From: an uncultured archaeon | GTDB lineage: Archaea > Iainarchaeota > Iainarchaeia > Iainarchaeales > GCA-2688035 | Assembly (NCBI GenBank): GCA_964354805.1 | Contig: CAYHBD010000010.1 | Coordinates: forward strand, 1 to 64,000 | Length of the DNA stretch: 64,000 nucleotides | Direction: 5' to 3' | Shown: positions 19,997-27,756 of the stretch, piece by piece | How the letters are laid out: each line of letters begins with the position of its first letter | How positions within the stretch are numbered: position 1 is the first letter of the stretch | Made by a program: the position numbers and the translations under genes | The notes under the pieces: model-generated | Databases searched by the model: none | What the model was told of the DNA's origin: nothing | The model's input: only the letters and a program-made list of their open reading frames with translations

Positions 19997-20130
19997 CACA
20001 ATGTCAAGCATCAAAATATTTCTTTTTTGTTTCATTGCTTGGCATTGTGCCAAGGCTTTCTTTTCTAAAGAAAGGCTTGCCGAAGGCATTTTTTCCCAAG
20101 CCTTTTGCACCGTAGTGCAAAAGGCTTGCC
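19997..20130. repeat. MITE-like IR element plus REP-like units (inverted relative of the 7.04-7.35 kb cluster)
   Basis: CACAATGTCAAGCA...TGCTTGGCATTGTG (19997-20049), followed by the reverse complement of AAGCCTTTTGCACTACGGTGCAAAAGGCTTGGGAAAA. Confidence 0.75.
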
Positions 20131-20168
20131 GAAAGAATAAAATACAAGTTTAAACATAAAGTAAAGCA

Positions 20169-20615
20169 ATGAAAAAGGAAATTTTCTTAATTGTTTTTCT
20201 TTTTGGTGCTGTTGCTTTAAGCGGCTGCACTCAACCAGGGTCTGTTACTGTTTTCAAATACGTTTGCTTTGATGGCACGGTTGTGGAAAATCAATCTGAT
20301 TGCCCTGCATTGCCTGATGTGAATTGCGAGCTAAGCTGCCCTTGCTCATGCCCCACGCCTGTTTTGCCTGAGACAAGCCAGGAGGAATTCATTCAGGGCC
20401 AGATAGATAAAGCAAACTACTGCTCTGTAAAAGAGGACTGTGTTCTGGCTGAAAGCAAGTGCCCCTTCGGCTGCACTATTTTCGTCAACAAGAGCGAACT
20501 TGCCAGAATAAACAAAATAATCAGCGAATACAGGCAAGTATGCAATCTTTCCTGCACGCCCCTGAAATACTATAACTGCGATGAAAACAAGTGCGTTGAA
20601 ACAGACTGGGGTTAA
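20169..20615 (+). CDS. Cys-rich lipoprotein
   Basis: Lipobox ALSGC; many Cys (CFDG, CPFGC). Confidence 0.75.
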   Translation: MKKEIFLIVFLFGAVALSGCTQPGSVTVFKYVCFDGTVVENQSDCPALPDVNCELSCPCSCPTPVLPETSQEEFIQGQIDKANYCSVKEDCVLAESKCPFGCTIFVNKSELARINKIISEYRQVCNLSCTPLKYYNCDENKCVETDWG

Positions 20616-20671
20616 AGGGCTGGCAACTCGGGCGAAAGAATAAAATAGGGGTTTGGCGTATAATTAATTAG

Positions 20672-20860
20672 GTGAATGCTTTGTTTAGATTTTTCAGGAG
20701 AAGAAAACTAATTCCTGTCCCTGCTTCCGGCAACACTCCGGGTGACAGAAGAGTTAGACCACCGATAATGACCGGCGTTCATCCATCTGTGGGAAGGGTT
20801 TACTTTGACCGATTTCTTGAGTTGTGGAAGCCAAACAAAAGAAAATCAAAAGAGCAATAG
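20672..20860 (+). CDS. Small basic orphan protein
   Basis: 62 aa; FFRRRK at N-terminus; own promoter-like motif upstream. Confidence 0.4.
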   Translation: MNALFRFFRRRKLIPVPASGNTPGDRRVRPPIMTGVHPSVGRVYFDRFLELWKPNKRKSKEQ

Positions 20861-20898
20861 CTGGAATTTTGCCCGAATTATTCTTCCCCTTAATTTTT

Positions 20899-20909
20899 CG
20901 CAGGGGCTG
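20899..20909. repeat. att site (distal copy of tRNA-Ser 3' end)
   Basis: CGCAGGGGCTG equals 31781-31791. Confidence 0.85.
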
Positions 20910-21014
20910 TAAGGAAATGCTTACAGTTTAGTGCAGTTACCTTAGTGTAATATAATAACCATTCTTATTTAAATATATTCGCTTATTACCTTAATGTAAC
21001 ATTGAGGTGTTTTT

Positions 21015-21170
21015 GTGCCAAATCTACAGTTTTCAAAGGGCAGATGGAGCTTAACCATTCCTTTTGAAATGGTTGAATCAAAAGGCTGGCAGAAAGGCCA
21101 GCGCCTGCTATGCAATTTCAACGCCCAGGGCAACATTGAATTAAGCGAATTAAAGCCAAAAACAAAATAG
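21015..21170 (+). CDS. AbrB/MazE/SpoVT-like DNA-binding protein (51 aa)
   Basis: Manual translation MPNLQFSKGRWSLTIPFEMVESKGWQKGQRLLCNFNAQGNIEL...; GAGGTG RBS; not in the ORF track. Confidence 0.7.
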   Translation: MPNLQFSKGRWSLTIPFEMVESKGWQKGQRLLCNFNAQGNIELSELKPKTK

Positions 21171-21286
21171 GCCTGCTGCTCGTTTTCTGCCGTTGTAAAG
21201 CGCAGGTTTTTAAAGCTTTTTTTGAGGAAAAAGGTTTTTATAGTAGAAAAGCCTTTTTGTTACAAAACAAAGAAGGGAAAAAAAAG

Positions 21287-21733
21287 ATGCCTAAAGCACT
21301 GTTTTATATTGAGGGCAAAAACGTGCAGCATATTGGTTGCAGGCTAATTGTTACAAAACAATTAATCCACACTGGGCTCACTAAAGGCGGGGCATTCAAT
21401 TTGCCTGACGGCAGGGTTGAAATTGTTTTGGAAGGGAGCGAAGACCAATTAAAAAACGCCCACAACTATATTAAAGACAATTTGATTGAATGGATAAAGC
21501 AATCAGCAAACGAAAGGGAAGAACTAAAGCGATTGATTGGAAACCCAAAGCCTGATGTCAAAATCAGTGAATTAGAGTTTAACGATTCACTGCTTGTGCT
21601 TGACATTGGGTTATTCAGCCATTCATTAACCTTTGACCAAATATACAAGGGAATAGACGTTTACAAAGATTTAACAAAATCAATCCTGCTTCTTAATCAA
21701 ACACTAAAAAACAAAAACTCAGCCGGGAACTAA
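21287..21733 (+). CDS. Acylphosphatase-like protein with C-terminal extension
   Basis: GKNVQHIGCR (cf. GxVQGVGFR) and NLPDGRVEIVLEG. Confidence 0.75.
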   Translation: MPKALFYIEGKNVQHIGCRLIVTKQLIHTGLTKGGAFNLPDGRVEIVLEGSEDQLKNAHNYIKDNLIEWIKQSANEREELKRLIGNPKPDVKISELEFNDSLLVLDIGLFSHSLTFDQIYKGIDVYKDLTKSILLLNQTLKNKNSAGN

Positions 21734-22064
21734 AAGAAGGCACTATTATAGTGAAAAAAGAAAGAGTAGCCTTCCGCTGCTGGCACTGCTTTGAATAGCT
21801 GATTGTTTTTCCTTGCTTTGAAAGGAACTTGGCAATATCCCGAACAGAACCATTTTGGGGAGCAGAACCTTCTTTGCCCTTAACATGTTTGCCTGATTTA
21901 TAAGCACTGTAAAACTGTTTTACAGTGCCTGCTTTTGATTGCAGCCATGCTCTCGCTAAAACAATCGAGCCCTCTACATCGTGAAAGTCTGTGTCCCGCT
22001 GCTCCGGCAACAAATGCCTGCTGCTTGAATTTTATATAAAACTCTAAAAAAAGCAAAAGGAGGC

Positions 22065-22140
22065 GGGGCGGGAAAAAAAGAGAAAAAAACCCGCCCTGTT
22101 TTTTTTTCAAATAGCAGGCGTTGAAACGCCTGCTGCTTTT
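22065..22140. terminator. Paired GC-rich hairpins with T-tracts at the end of the element's minus-strand operon
   Basis: GGGCGGG...CCCGCCC followed by T-run; AGCAGGCGTT-GA-AACGCCTGCT (22113-22134). Confidence 0.45.
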
Positions 22141-22250
22141 TCTTTTTTTTCAAGCAATTGCTTTGTCTTTTCTATTTCTTCCATTTAAATGCACTGCTTG
22201 AAATAAGCCGGGAAAAAATTGAAACCCGTGTGGCGCATAACAAAACCCTT

Positions 22251-22616
22251 TCAGGCAATTTGTGTTTCAACCAGCTGCCTTGACCACATGAACAAAACCA
22301 AGACAACAACAAGGATTAAAATAATCCAGCCGAAAGAAAAAAAGAAGCCTACAACATCAAAGCTGGTGGCGAAGCTTTCCTGACTGGCTTGAACAACATC
22401 CTGCAGCTGTGCCTTTATGCCCGCATCCTCAATTGTTGAAAAGCTTTGCTCTGCATCAGCAATCAGCGACTGCCCTTGTGCCATGAATGAAATATTTATC
22501 AATTGGGTGAATGGCAAAAGCAGGGCAAACAAAAACAGCAGGAAAATGGAGAGCGAAACGAAAGCCATGAACAAGGAAACACTGCCCCTGCCGCCTAATT
22601 TTTTTATCTCAAACAT
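22251..22616 (-). CDS. Two-TM helical hairpin protein with prepilin-like N-terminus (candidate virion/pilin protein)
   Basis: KKLGGRG|SVSLF followed by a hydrophobic helix, amphipathic linker and second hydrophobic helix. Confidence 0.55.
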   Translation of the reverse strand: MFEIKKLGGRGSVSLFMAFVSLSIFLLFLFALLLPFTQLINISFMAQGQSLIADAEQSFSTIEDAGIKAQLQDVVQASQESFATSFDVVGFFFSFGWIILILVVVLVLFMWSRQLVETQIA

Positions 22617-22664
22617 TTGCCATCACACCAACACACATATTATGTGCCTTCCAATTAAAATTTT

Positions 22665-22892
22665 TTACGCTCCGATTTTTTTTTCAATTGCCACAATTTT
22701 TTCCAATGTAGTTTTTTTCATTTCACTCTCTGGCCATCGCTCAACTTGCGCTTTCAGCAAGCCCACTTCAATTTTCTGAAAGCCTGATATTGTTTTGCGC
22801 TCCTCGCTGCCCAGGTTCTTCTTCGCAGCTCGCTTTTGCAAGCGAACAAACTGATTAAGACAACTAAAAACGCTTTCAAAGTCCAAATACAT
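22665..22892 (-). CDS. Hypothetical protein (element)
   Basis: GGAGGTGG RBS before ATG at 22892. Confidence 0.55.
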   Translation of the reverse strand: MYLDFESVFSCLNQFVRLQKRAAKKNLGSEERKTISGFQKIEVGLLKAQVERWPESEMKKTTLEKIVAIEKKIGA

Positions 22893-22962
22893 CAAACCAC
22901 CTCCTTTTTCGTTCACTTTCCCGAGATAAACAATCTAAATTAAACACAACCCAACATATTCA

Positions 22963-23874
22963 TTACACTTTTAGCCGCCCTGTTGAAATCAGGGCATTTA
23001 ATGCTCGCTGCAAGTTCCTTGAAACAACTTCACCACAGGAGAAATGCGCTCTAATCAAACCCACGTCAGCATAAGGCTTTCCCCTTTTATCAATGCCCGT
23101 TAAGTCTTTAATCTGCCGAACGGCTTCCTCAAGCAATGGCTTGAAATCAATCTTTTCAATCGCCTTACCTTTCTCCCGCAGCAACTGCTCGTGCCACCTG
23201 GCAAGATTAACATCAATGTAATCAGCTTTCTTTTTCTCATAAGCGTCAACCAGCTCTTTTCTCGGCAGCGGAATAGATATTTTATCAATCCTTGAAACCT
23301 CGCCTTTCACATCCCTAACCCTGGGCTTTGGCATATACTGTTTCCCGCTCATAGCCGAAACAGTGCTCCAGTAAAACTGTGCAAAACTGCGCTTGCTGCG
23401 AAAATCAATGCTCTCAAACTTTGCAATGCCCGTTATGCCAACCTTGCGCACAACACTGTCAATTTGTGAAATCATGGGTGCACACATGAAAACAATAAAC
23501 CCTTTTGCCCTGTAGGTTGTAACTGTGAAATTCATCCGCTTGTTTTCCTTTGTCATCGCATTCCGGGCGCTCGCTGCCTTTTCGCTGCCAGCAATTTCAT
23601 CAAAAAGAATAACGCTGCCCCGCTTTAATTTTCCCTTTGAATCCCCGTTTCGCATAAGCCCAATAAAGTCTTCAACACTGAAAACAATGCGGTCGCTATT
23701 AAAGCCCGAATCCAAGTCTTGCCCAAAACGAATAGCTGCCGTGCTTTTGCCCGTGCCAGGCTTCCCAATAAACAAGAACGTGCAGTTTTGTTTTTGGCGA
23801 TAAATATCCCGCCAGACCTGGCGATAAATGAAATTTCTTTTGATTTTCAACGGCATTACCTGCGTCATACTCAT
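22963..23874 (-). CDS. P-loop ATPase (viral Zot/B251-like; candidate packaging or assembly ATPase)
   Basis: Walker A GKPGTGKS; Walker B VILFDE; YRAKG and IDSVVR segments; no TM helix. Confidence 0.75.
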   Translation of the reverse strand: MSMTQVMPLKIKRNFIYRQVWRDIYRQKQNCTFLFIGKPGTGKSTAAIRFGQDLDSGFNSDRIVFSVEDFIGLMRNGDSKGKLKRGSVILFDEIAGSEKAASARNAMTKENKRMNFTVTTYRAKGFIVFMCAPMISQIDSVVRKVGITGIAKFESIDFRSKRSFAQFYWSTVSAMSGKQYMPKPRVRDVKGEVSRIDKISIPLPRKELVDAYEKKKADYIDVNLARWHEQLLREKGKAIEKIDFKPLLEEAVRQIKDLTGIDKRGKPYADVGLIRAHFSCGEVVSRNLQRALNALISTGRLKV

Positions 23875-24344
23875 TCCTCAAAATCAAAGTTTTTGCTTTT
23901 CACCGGCATCAAATTTGCTGCTCCAAACTGGGAAATGAGCAAGTCTTGAAGCTCACTCAACAAATCAAGGTATTGGTCAACCCCGTCATTAAAAAAAAAC
24001 GTTTGCCCGTTTACCTGAACCTGTTCAAGCAGCCGCAGCCGTATTTTTGCCCCGTTTATTTCCAATACATATTTTTGGTGCATTTTTGTTTTCAGTTTTG
24101 CGGACTTTGTTTTGTAGTCTTCCGTTAAAAAAGAGTTCAGCATGCTCTCAATCGTTCTGATTGCAGAATAAGCTCCTCTTGCAACCGCAACCCGCCCGTC
24201 AAACGTTTTGCGCCTCGCTTGCGAAACAGAAACCAAAAAATTATAACGGTCAAGTTCCTGCAAAACCAAGTATTGCAGGTTTGTTCGTTCATTGCGAATG
24301 TCCTCCACATTCATGCTCGCCAGAAAGCCCGTTTCCTCACTCAT
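23871..24344 (-). CDS. Hypothetical protein (element)
   Basis: Start/stop overlaps with both neighbours. Confidence 0.65.
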   Translation of the reverse strand: MSEETGFLASMNVEDIRNERTNLQYLVLQELDRYNFLVSVSQARRKTFDGRVAVARGAYSAIRTIESMLNSFLTEDYKTKSAKLKTKMHQKYVLEINGAKIRLRLLEQVQVNGQTFFFNDGVDQYLDLLSELQDLLISQFGAANLMPVKSKNFDFEE

Positions 24345-24727
24345 TTAGTTTTCGCCTCCGCTTTTTCAATCAAGTCCGAAAAATCGCAGCCTTTTGGCTC
24401 GGACTTAAAAACCACTGCAAGCAACAGTTTGAGTTTAAAGTTTGCTGCCCGAACATTCCTAAATTTTTCCTCGCAATCTTGGTTTTGGCGAAAATCCAAA
24501 ACGGCCTGCTCAAAACCTTTTTCGTCAGGAATCAGGCCTCGGGCGAAAACAATAGCTTCAAGGTTGTCCACTGCTACGCTAAAATAAATCATGCCATCCT
24601 CAAACTTTCCGAGTTCTGCGCTTTTTGGCAAAATGTTCAACGCAGCCCACAAAGCCGCATCGGTGCATCGTTCCGCCAAATTCTTCCTGCTAAAACCTGA
24701 CCATTCGTTATCTTCCTGTTTTTTCAC
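24341..24727 (-). CDS. Hypothetical protein (element)
   Basis: GAGGTGA RBS; coupled to the downstream ORF. Confidence 0.65.
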   Translation of the reverse strand: MKKQEDNEWSGFSRKNLAERCTDAALWAALNILPKSAELGKFEDGMIYFSVAVDNLEAIVFARGLIPDEKGFEQAVLDFRQNQDCEEKFRNVRAANFKLKLLLAVVFKSEPKGCDFSDLIEKAEAKTK

Positions 24728-24732
24728 CTAAA

Positions 24733-24993
24733 TCACCTCATTGATTTTTTTTTATAAAAAAAAATTGGGCGCTTCATTACAACTCTCTGGCTTTCAAAAA
24801 AGTCACTACGCCAGCATTCAATCTTTGAAACAAAAAAACCCTGCGCCTGCAATTCCCGCAGCTCACTCTCGGTTTTAGGCACGGCCATCTCAAAGGCTGA
24901 CGGGTAAACCATCTGCGGCAGGCGGCGGGATGGAGTGAGCCGCCTGCCTTTTAACTTGGAGGTTTTTTTTCCACGAATTAAAATATGTTTCAT
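24733..24993 (-). CDS. Basic hypothetical protein (element)
   Basis: Start MKHILIRG at 24993 overlaps the upstream stop (ATGA); the longer ORF-track version is unlikely. Confidence 0.55.
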   Translation of the reverse strand: MKHILIRGKKTSKLKGRRLTPSRRLPQMVYPSAFEMAVPKTESELRELQAQGFFVSKIECWRSDFFESQRVVMKRPIFFYKKKSMR

Positions 24994-25169
24994 TTTGCAA
25001 CCCGCCCAGCAAATTTTCCATGTAAATAAAAAACATAAACCCCAAAAAGGAAAACAATTGCAAGCACAGCGAAAGCCAGCAGAATATTCAAAATGGAAAA
25101 AAGCAGGCCAATGCCACAGGCCGCAACAGCAAGCAGCAAGCAGGCAACAGCGAGCAAAAGTTTTTTCAT
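24990..25169 (-). CDS. Small hydrophobic protein (59 aa, two TM)
   Basis: Manual translation MKKLLLAVACLLLAVAACGIGLLFSILNILLAFAVLAIVFLFGVYVFYLHGKFAGRVAK; ATGA overlaps at both ends. Confidence 0.7.
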   Translation of the reverse strand: MKKLLLAVACLLLAVAACGIGLLFSILNILLAFAVLAIVFLFGVYVFYLHGKFAGRVAK

Positions 25170-25426
25170 TCAACCATCACCCACCACACGGTTGTAGAAT
25201 TTGAAACTTCAATTTTAACAAGTCCAGCGATACGCAATTCTTGCAAAGCAATTATTGTTTCGGTTTCCGAAAAACCGTTGTTTGGATTTCCATAAATCTC
25301 CCAAGCCAAAAAATGCTTATCGCTTGGTCGCGTTTCCGCTCTATTCCAATTCGGCATTTTCACGTTTTTGGCTTTTGGCAATTCAAGAATCTTTTTCAAC
25401 AAGAGTTGCTGTTGCATAGTGTTCAC
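25166..25426 (-). CDS. Small protein, possibly winged-helix
   Basis: C-terminal ALQELRIAGLVKIEV...VWWV resembles a wHTH recognition helix plus wing. Confidence 0.5.
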   Translation of the reverse strand: MNTMQQQLLLKKILELPKAKNVKMPNWNRAETRPSDKHFLAWEIYGNPNNGFSETETIIALQELRIAGLVKIEVSNSTTVWWVMVE

Positions 25427-25736
25427 CTTCCAAAAAACTTTGTTTTGACTCTAATTTTTGGCGTTTGGCTTCAAGCCAATTTTTTAGCTCGCTTTCCAAA
25501 CCCTGTAAGTATTCAGGGACTGCGGTCATGCGCCAAATTTCTTTTGCTGCCTCAAGGTCTTGTTCAAAAATTGTTTGGCGTTTTTGTTGCCTGGTGAGAA
25601 AAGCCGCGCACTTCAAAAACTGTTTCGTTTCCTTTTGCATTGCGCGGTCTAAAGCCAAGCGGGATTTGCCTGATATCCGAATGCCTAACTCTTTTATTAA
25701 CTCACTAACCGCTGCGCTTCGCAATAACTTGCTCAT
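25383..25736 (-). CDS. Histone-fold protein with C-terminal helical extension
   Basis: AAVSELIKELGIRISGKSRLAL...AAFLTRQQKRQTIFEQDLEAA aligns by eye with HMf-type RVS..A..AL...A..AGRKTIKAEDIELA. Confidence 0.8.
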   Translation of the reverse strand: MSKLLRSAAVSELIKELGIRISGKSRLALDRAMQKETKQFLKCAAFLTRQQKRQTIFEQDLEAAKEIWRMTAVPEYLQGLESELKNWLEAKRQKLESKQSFLEGEHYATATLVEKDS

Positions 25737-25942
25737 AAAAAAACCTCCTGAGATTCTATTACAATAGGCGCAATATCAGCCCTTTTTTTAAGCAAACCAA
25801 TGGATTGGAGCGCAAAATCAGCGCGCAATGTTGAAAAGAGGCAAAACCAAGCGCGCTGCCCTATAGCAAATGGCTTTTGAACACGTTCGAAAATGCGAAC
25901 CGGTTTTTTCTCATTGATTTTTGACTGCAAATCACTTTCCAT
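25733..25942 (-). CDS. Hypothetical protein (element)
   Basis: Overlaps neighbours; contains the GGAGGT RBS for the histone-fold gene. Confidence 0.5.
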   Translation of the reverse strand: MESDLQSKINEKKPVRIFERVQKPFAIGQRAWFCLFSTLRADFALQSIGLLKKRADIAPIVIESQEVFL

Positions 25943-26171
25943 TCAAAACACCAACCTGCTGCGTTTTTTTCAAAATATATCCTGTCGCATCAAAAGGGCT
26001 ATTTGGAATAAAGCAATGAGCGCACCGGTGCCCAAGCCCCCGGCCATGTTTGTGCAAACAATGGCAGAAATCGCACCAAAACTGCCAGCCGCCCAAAAAA
26101 TCCTGCCTGGGTTCAACCAAAACGATTGGAATGCCGTCTTTGTGGCCTAAAATAACAGTTTTTTCAGGCAT
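25932..26171 (-). CDS. Small Cys/His zinc-binding protein (phage-type)
   Basis: WCDFCHCLHKHG...GHRCAHC...SPF..TGYIL; start uncertain (26171 or 26237). Confidence 0.6.
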   Translation of the reverse strand: MPEKTVILGHKDGIPIVLVEPRQDFLGGWQFWCDFCHCLHKHGRGLGHRCAHCFIPNSPFDATGYILKKTQQVGVLNGK

Positions 26172-27756
26172 TTGCAACCACTCCCTCTCCGTTTTGTGTG
26201 GGCGGTCTGCCACTCTGGGCATTCTTACCCACGACATATTGCTCTGCCCTCTTTTTCTTCCGTTTTTTAGCCAAAACAGCCTGTTTTTCGATTGTTCCAA
26301 AATTTGTTACTCCCGATATGCGGTGCAATTCATGCAATTCATTTTCATTTGCATGATTTGCATTAATTGCATTATTTGTATCAACTGCATGAATTGCATT
26401 AATTTCTATTTCTTCCCATTTTGGTATTGAAAAAGTAAGAACATCTGGAAGGGGTATATAAATTGCGACATCTTTTTTGGATTCCTCAACATGGGTTTTG
26501 GTTTTTTCCAAAAAGCCAAGCTGAACCAATCGGTCAAGTGTATTTCGTAACCAGCGTTCTTCCCATCGAGAAAATCGTATATTTATGTTTTGTAGGGTTC
26601 CCCCATCTGGGAAGTATTTTATCAAAATTTCAATCAGTTCCTTTTCTTCTCTCGCAAGTGGAATCATCAAAGAATTGCTTGTTGTTTGCAATAAAGCAAT
26701 TCTTGCATTTCCATAATCTTCCGGAGTAGCAAGTATTTTTCCCTGCAAATCTTTTTGTCTTTGGTGTTGGTGCAAACAGGCGCTTCCTTTAATATAATCA
26801 AGGAAGCGGGAGAAAATTGTTCGTTGAATAACCTGGCAATTCCTTGATTTTTTTATCCAGTATTCAGCTAATGCGTGGGTTATTTTTTCTGCATATGGAA
26901 TAATCACTTCAATGAAATCAAGGCCGTAATAAAATCTTTTTGCCAATTCATTTTTTTCTTCTTGTTCTTGTCCTGCATCCTCACTCGCCTGTTTTAAATT
27001 TATTTGTAATGTTTGTTGTGAACTTTCATCCATGTACAAGAAAGGCAATCGCCTCAGTGCTTCATCTCCAGCTTTTACCTTTGCTGCGGTTGTGAGAAAT
27101 GTTGGTTTGCCTTTAATACTCAAATCTTTTGCTGCTCCCTCATGCACGATTGTAACTGTATTTATTTTGTTTGGGTTTGCGCTCATCAGAGTTTTGACTG
27201 ATTCGGAATTTAAAATTTTGCTGTTCACATCTTCGAGATAAACAAAATAGTTATTCCAATCTCGGTTCTGATGGCGAGCCAACGCATAATCCAACGCTTT
27301 TTCGCTTACTCTTCGCCTTGCAAAAATGTTTTCCTCAGGAAAAATATTAAGCGTTTCACTTACTACAAAATCTTTTCCTGTTCCTGGGGCAGCATTAGCA
27401 CAGAGGTTGCTACTTGTGCTTCTTTTATTTTTTACTTTTGCAAGACAACAAATAAGAATAATTGTTTTAATGGAATTTGTTTCGCCGACAACACTTTTTT
27501 GCACTTCGATTGTGAGGTTATTTAAAAGTTGTGGCTGGGATAAATATGCTATTAGTTCTGGGTTGGAGTCAATTTGTATTGCCTCTTCTTTTTTTCCTTG
27601 CATTTCACGTTCCAACTCAGCGAGTTCAACAACCTCTTTTTTTACTAAAACCATTGCAATTTTGTAATCAAGCTTTACAATACTACCTTTCGGTTGTTCT
27701 CCAGTGAGTTTAGTGTAATCTTCAAATTTCAAAATTTTGCACAGCACTTTGCTCAT
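26164..27756 (-). CDS. Helicase-like AAA+ ATPase (SF3/MCM-related) with C-terminal wHTH
   Basis: VVGE, Walker A APGTGKD, Walker B VYLED, ALRR; directly downstream of the primase. Confidence 0.75.
   Translation of the reverse strand: MSKVLCKILKFEDYTKLTGEQPKGSIVKLDYKIAMVLVKKEVVELAELEREMQGKKEEAIQIDSNPELIAYLSQPQLLNNLTIEVQKSVVGETNSIKTIILICCLAKVKNKRSTSSNLCANAAPGTGKDFVVSETLNIFPEENIFARRRVSEKALDYALARHQNRDWNNYFVYLEDVNSKILNSESVKTLMSANPNKINTVTIVHEGAAKDLSIKGKPTFLTTAAKVKAGDEALRRLPFLYMDESSQQTLQINLKQASEDAGQEQEEKNELAKRFYYGLDFIEVIIPYAEKITHALAEYWIKKSRNCQVIQRTIFSRFLDYIKGSACLHQHQRQKDLQGKILATPEDYGNARIALLQTTSNSLMIPLAREEKELIEILIKYFPDGGTLQNINIRFSRWEERWLRNTLDRLVQLGFLEKTKTHVEESKKDVAIYIPLPDVLTFSIPKWEEIEINAIHAVDTNNAINANHANENELHELHRISGVTNFGTIEKQAVLAKKRKKKRAEQYVVGKNAQSGRPPTQNGEGVVANA
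26324..26403. repeat. Degenerate 9-bp tandem repeat (TGCAT-T/G-AAT-like), about 9 units
   Basis: TGCAATTCA TGCAATTCA ... TGCATGATT TGCATTAAT TGCATTATT TGTATCAAC TGCATGAAT TGCATTAAT. Confidence 0.7.

Noticed and set aside
20598-20615. C-terminal ETDWG of the lipoprotein resembling the LysW EDWGE motif
   Set aside because: Secreted Cys-rich protein lacking the terminal Glu; coincidental
20130-20647. 15-bp repeat CGAAAGAATAAAATA flanking the lipoprotein gene as an insertion scar
   Set aside because: Both copies lie at promoter distance upstream of a start codon and look like BRE-TATA; shared promoter sequence is the simpler explanation
21693-22110. Minus-strand ORFs 21693-22013 and 21898-22110
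   Set aside because: No RBS or recognisable motifs; they overlap the acylphosphatase-like gene or hairpins; coding status unsupported
24733-25173. 146-aa Cys-rich ORF as listed in the track
   Set aside because: Its N-terminal half is an alternative frame of the 59-aa membrane protein; ATGA overlaps support two separate genes
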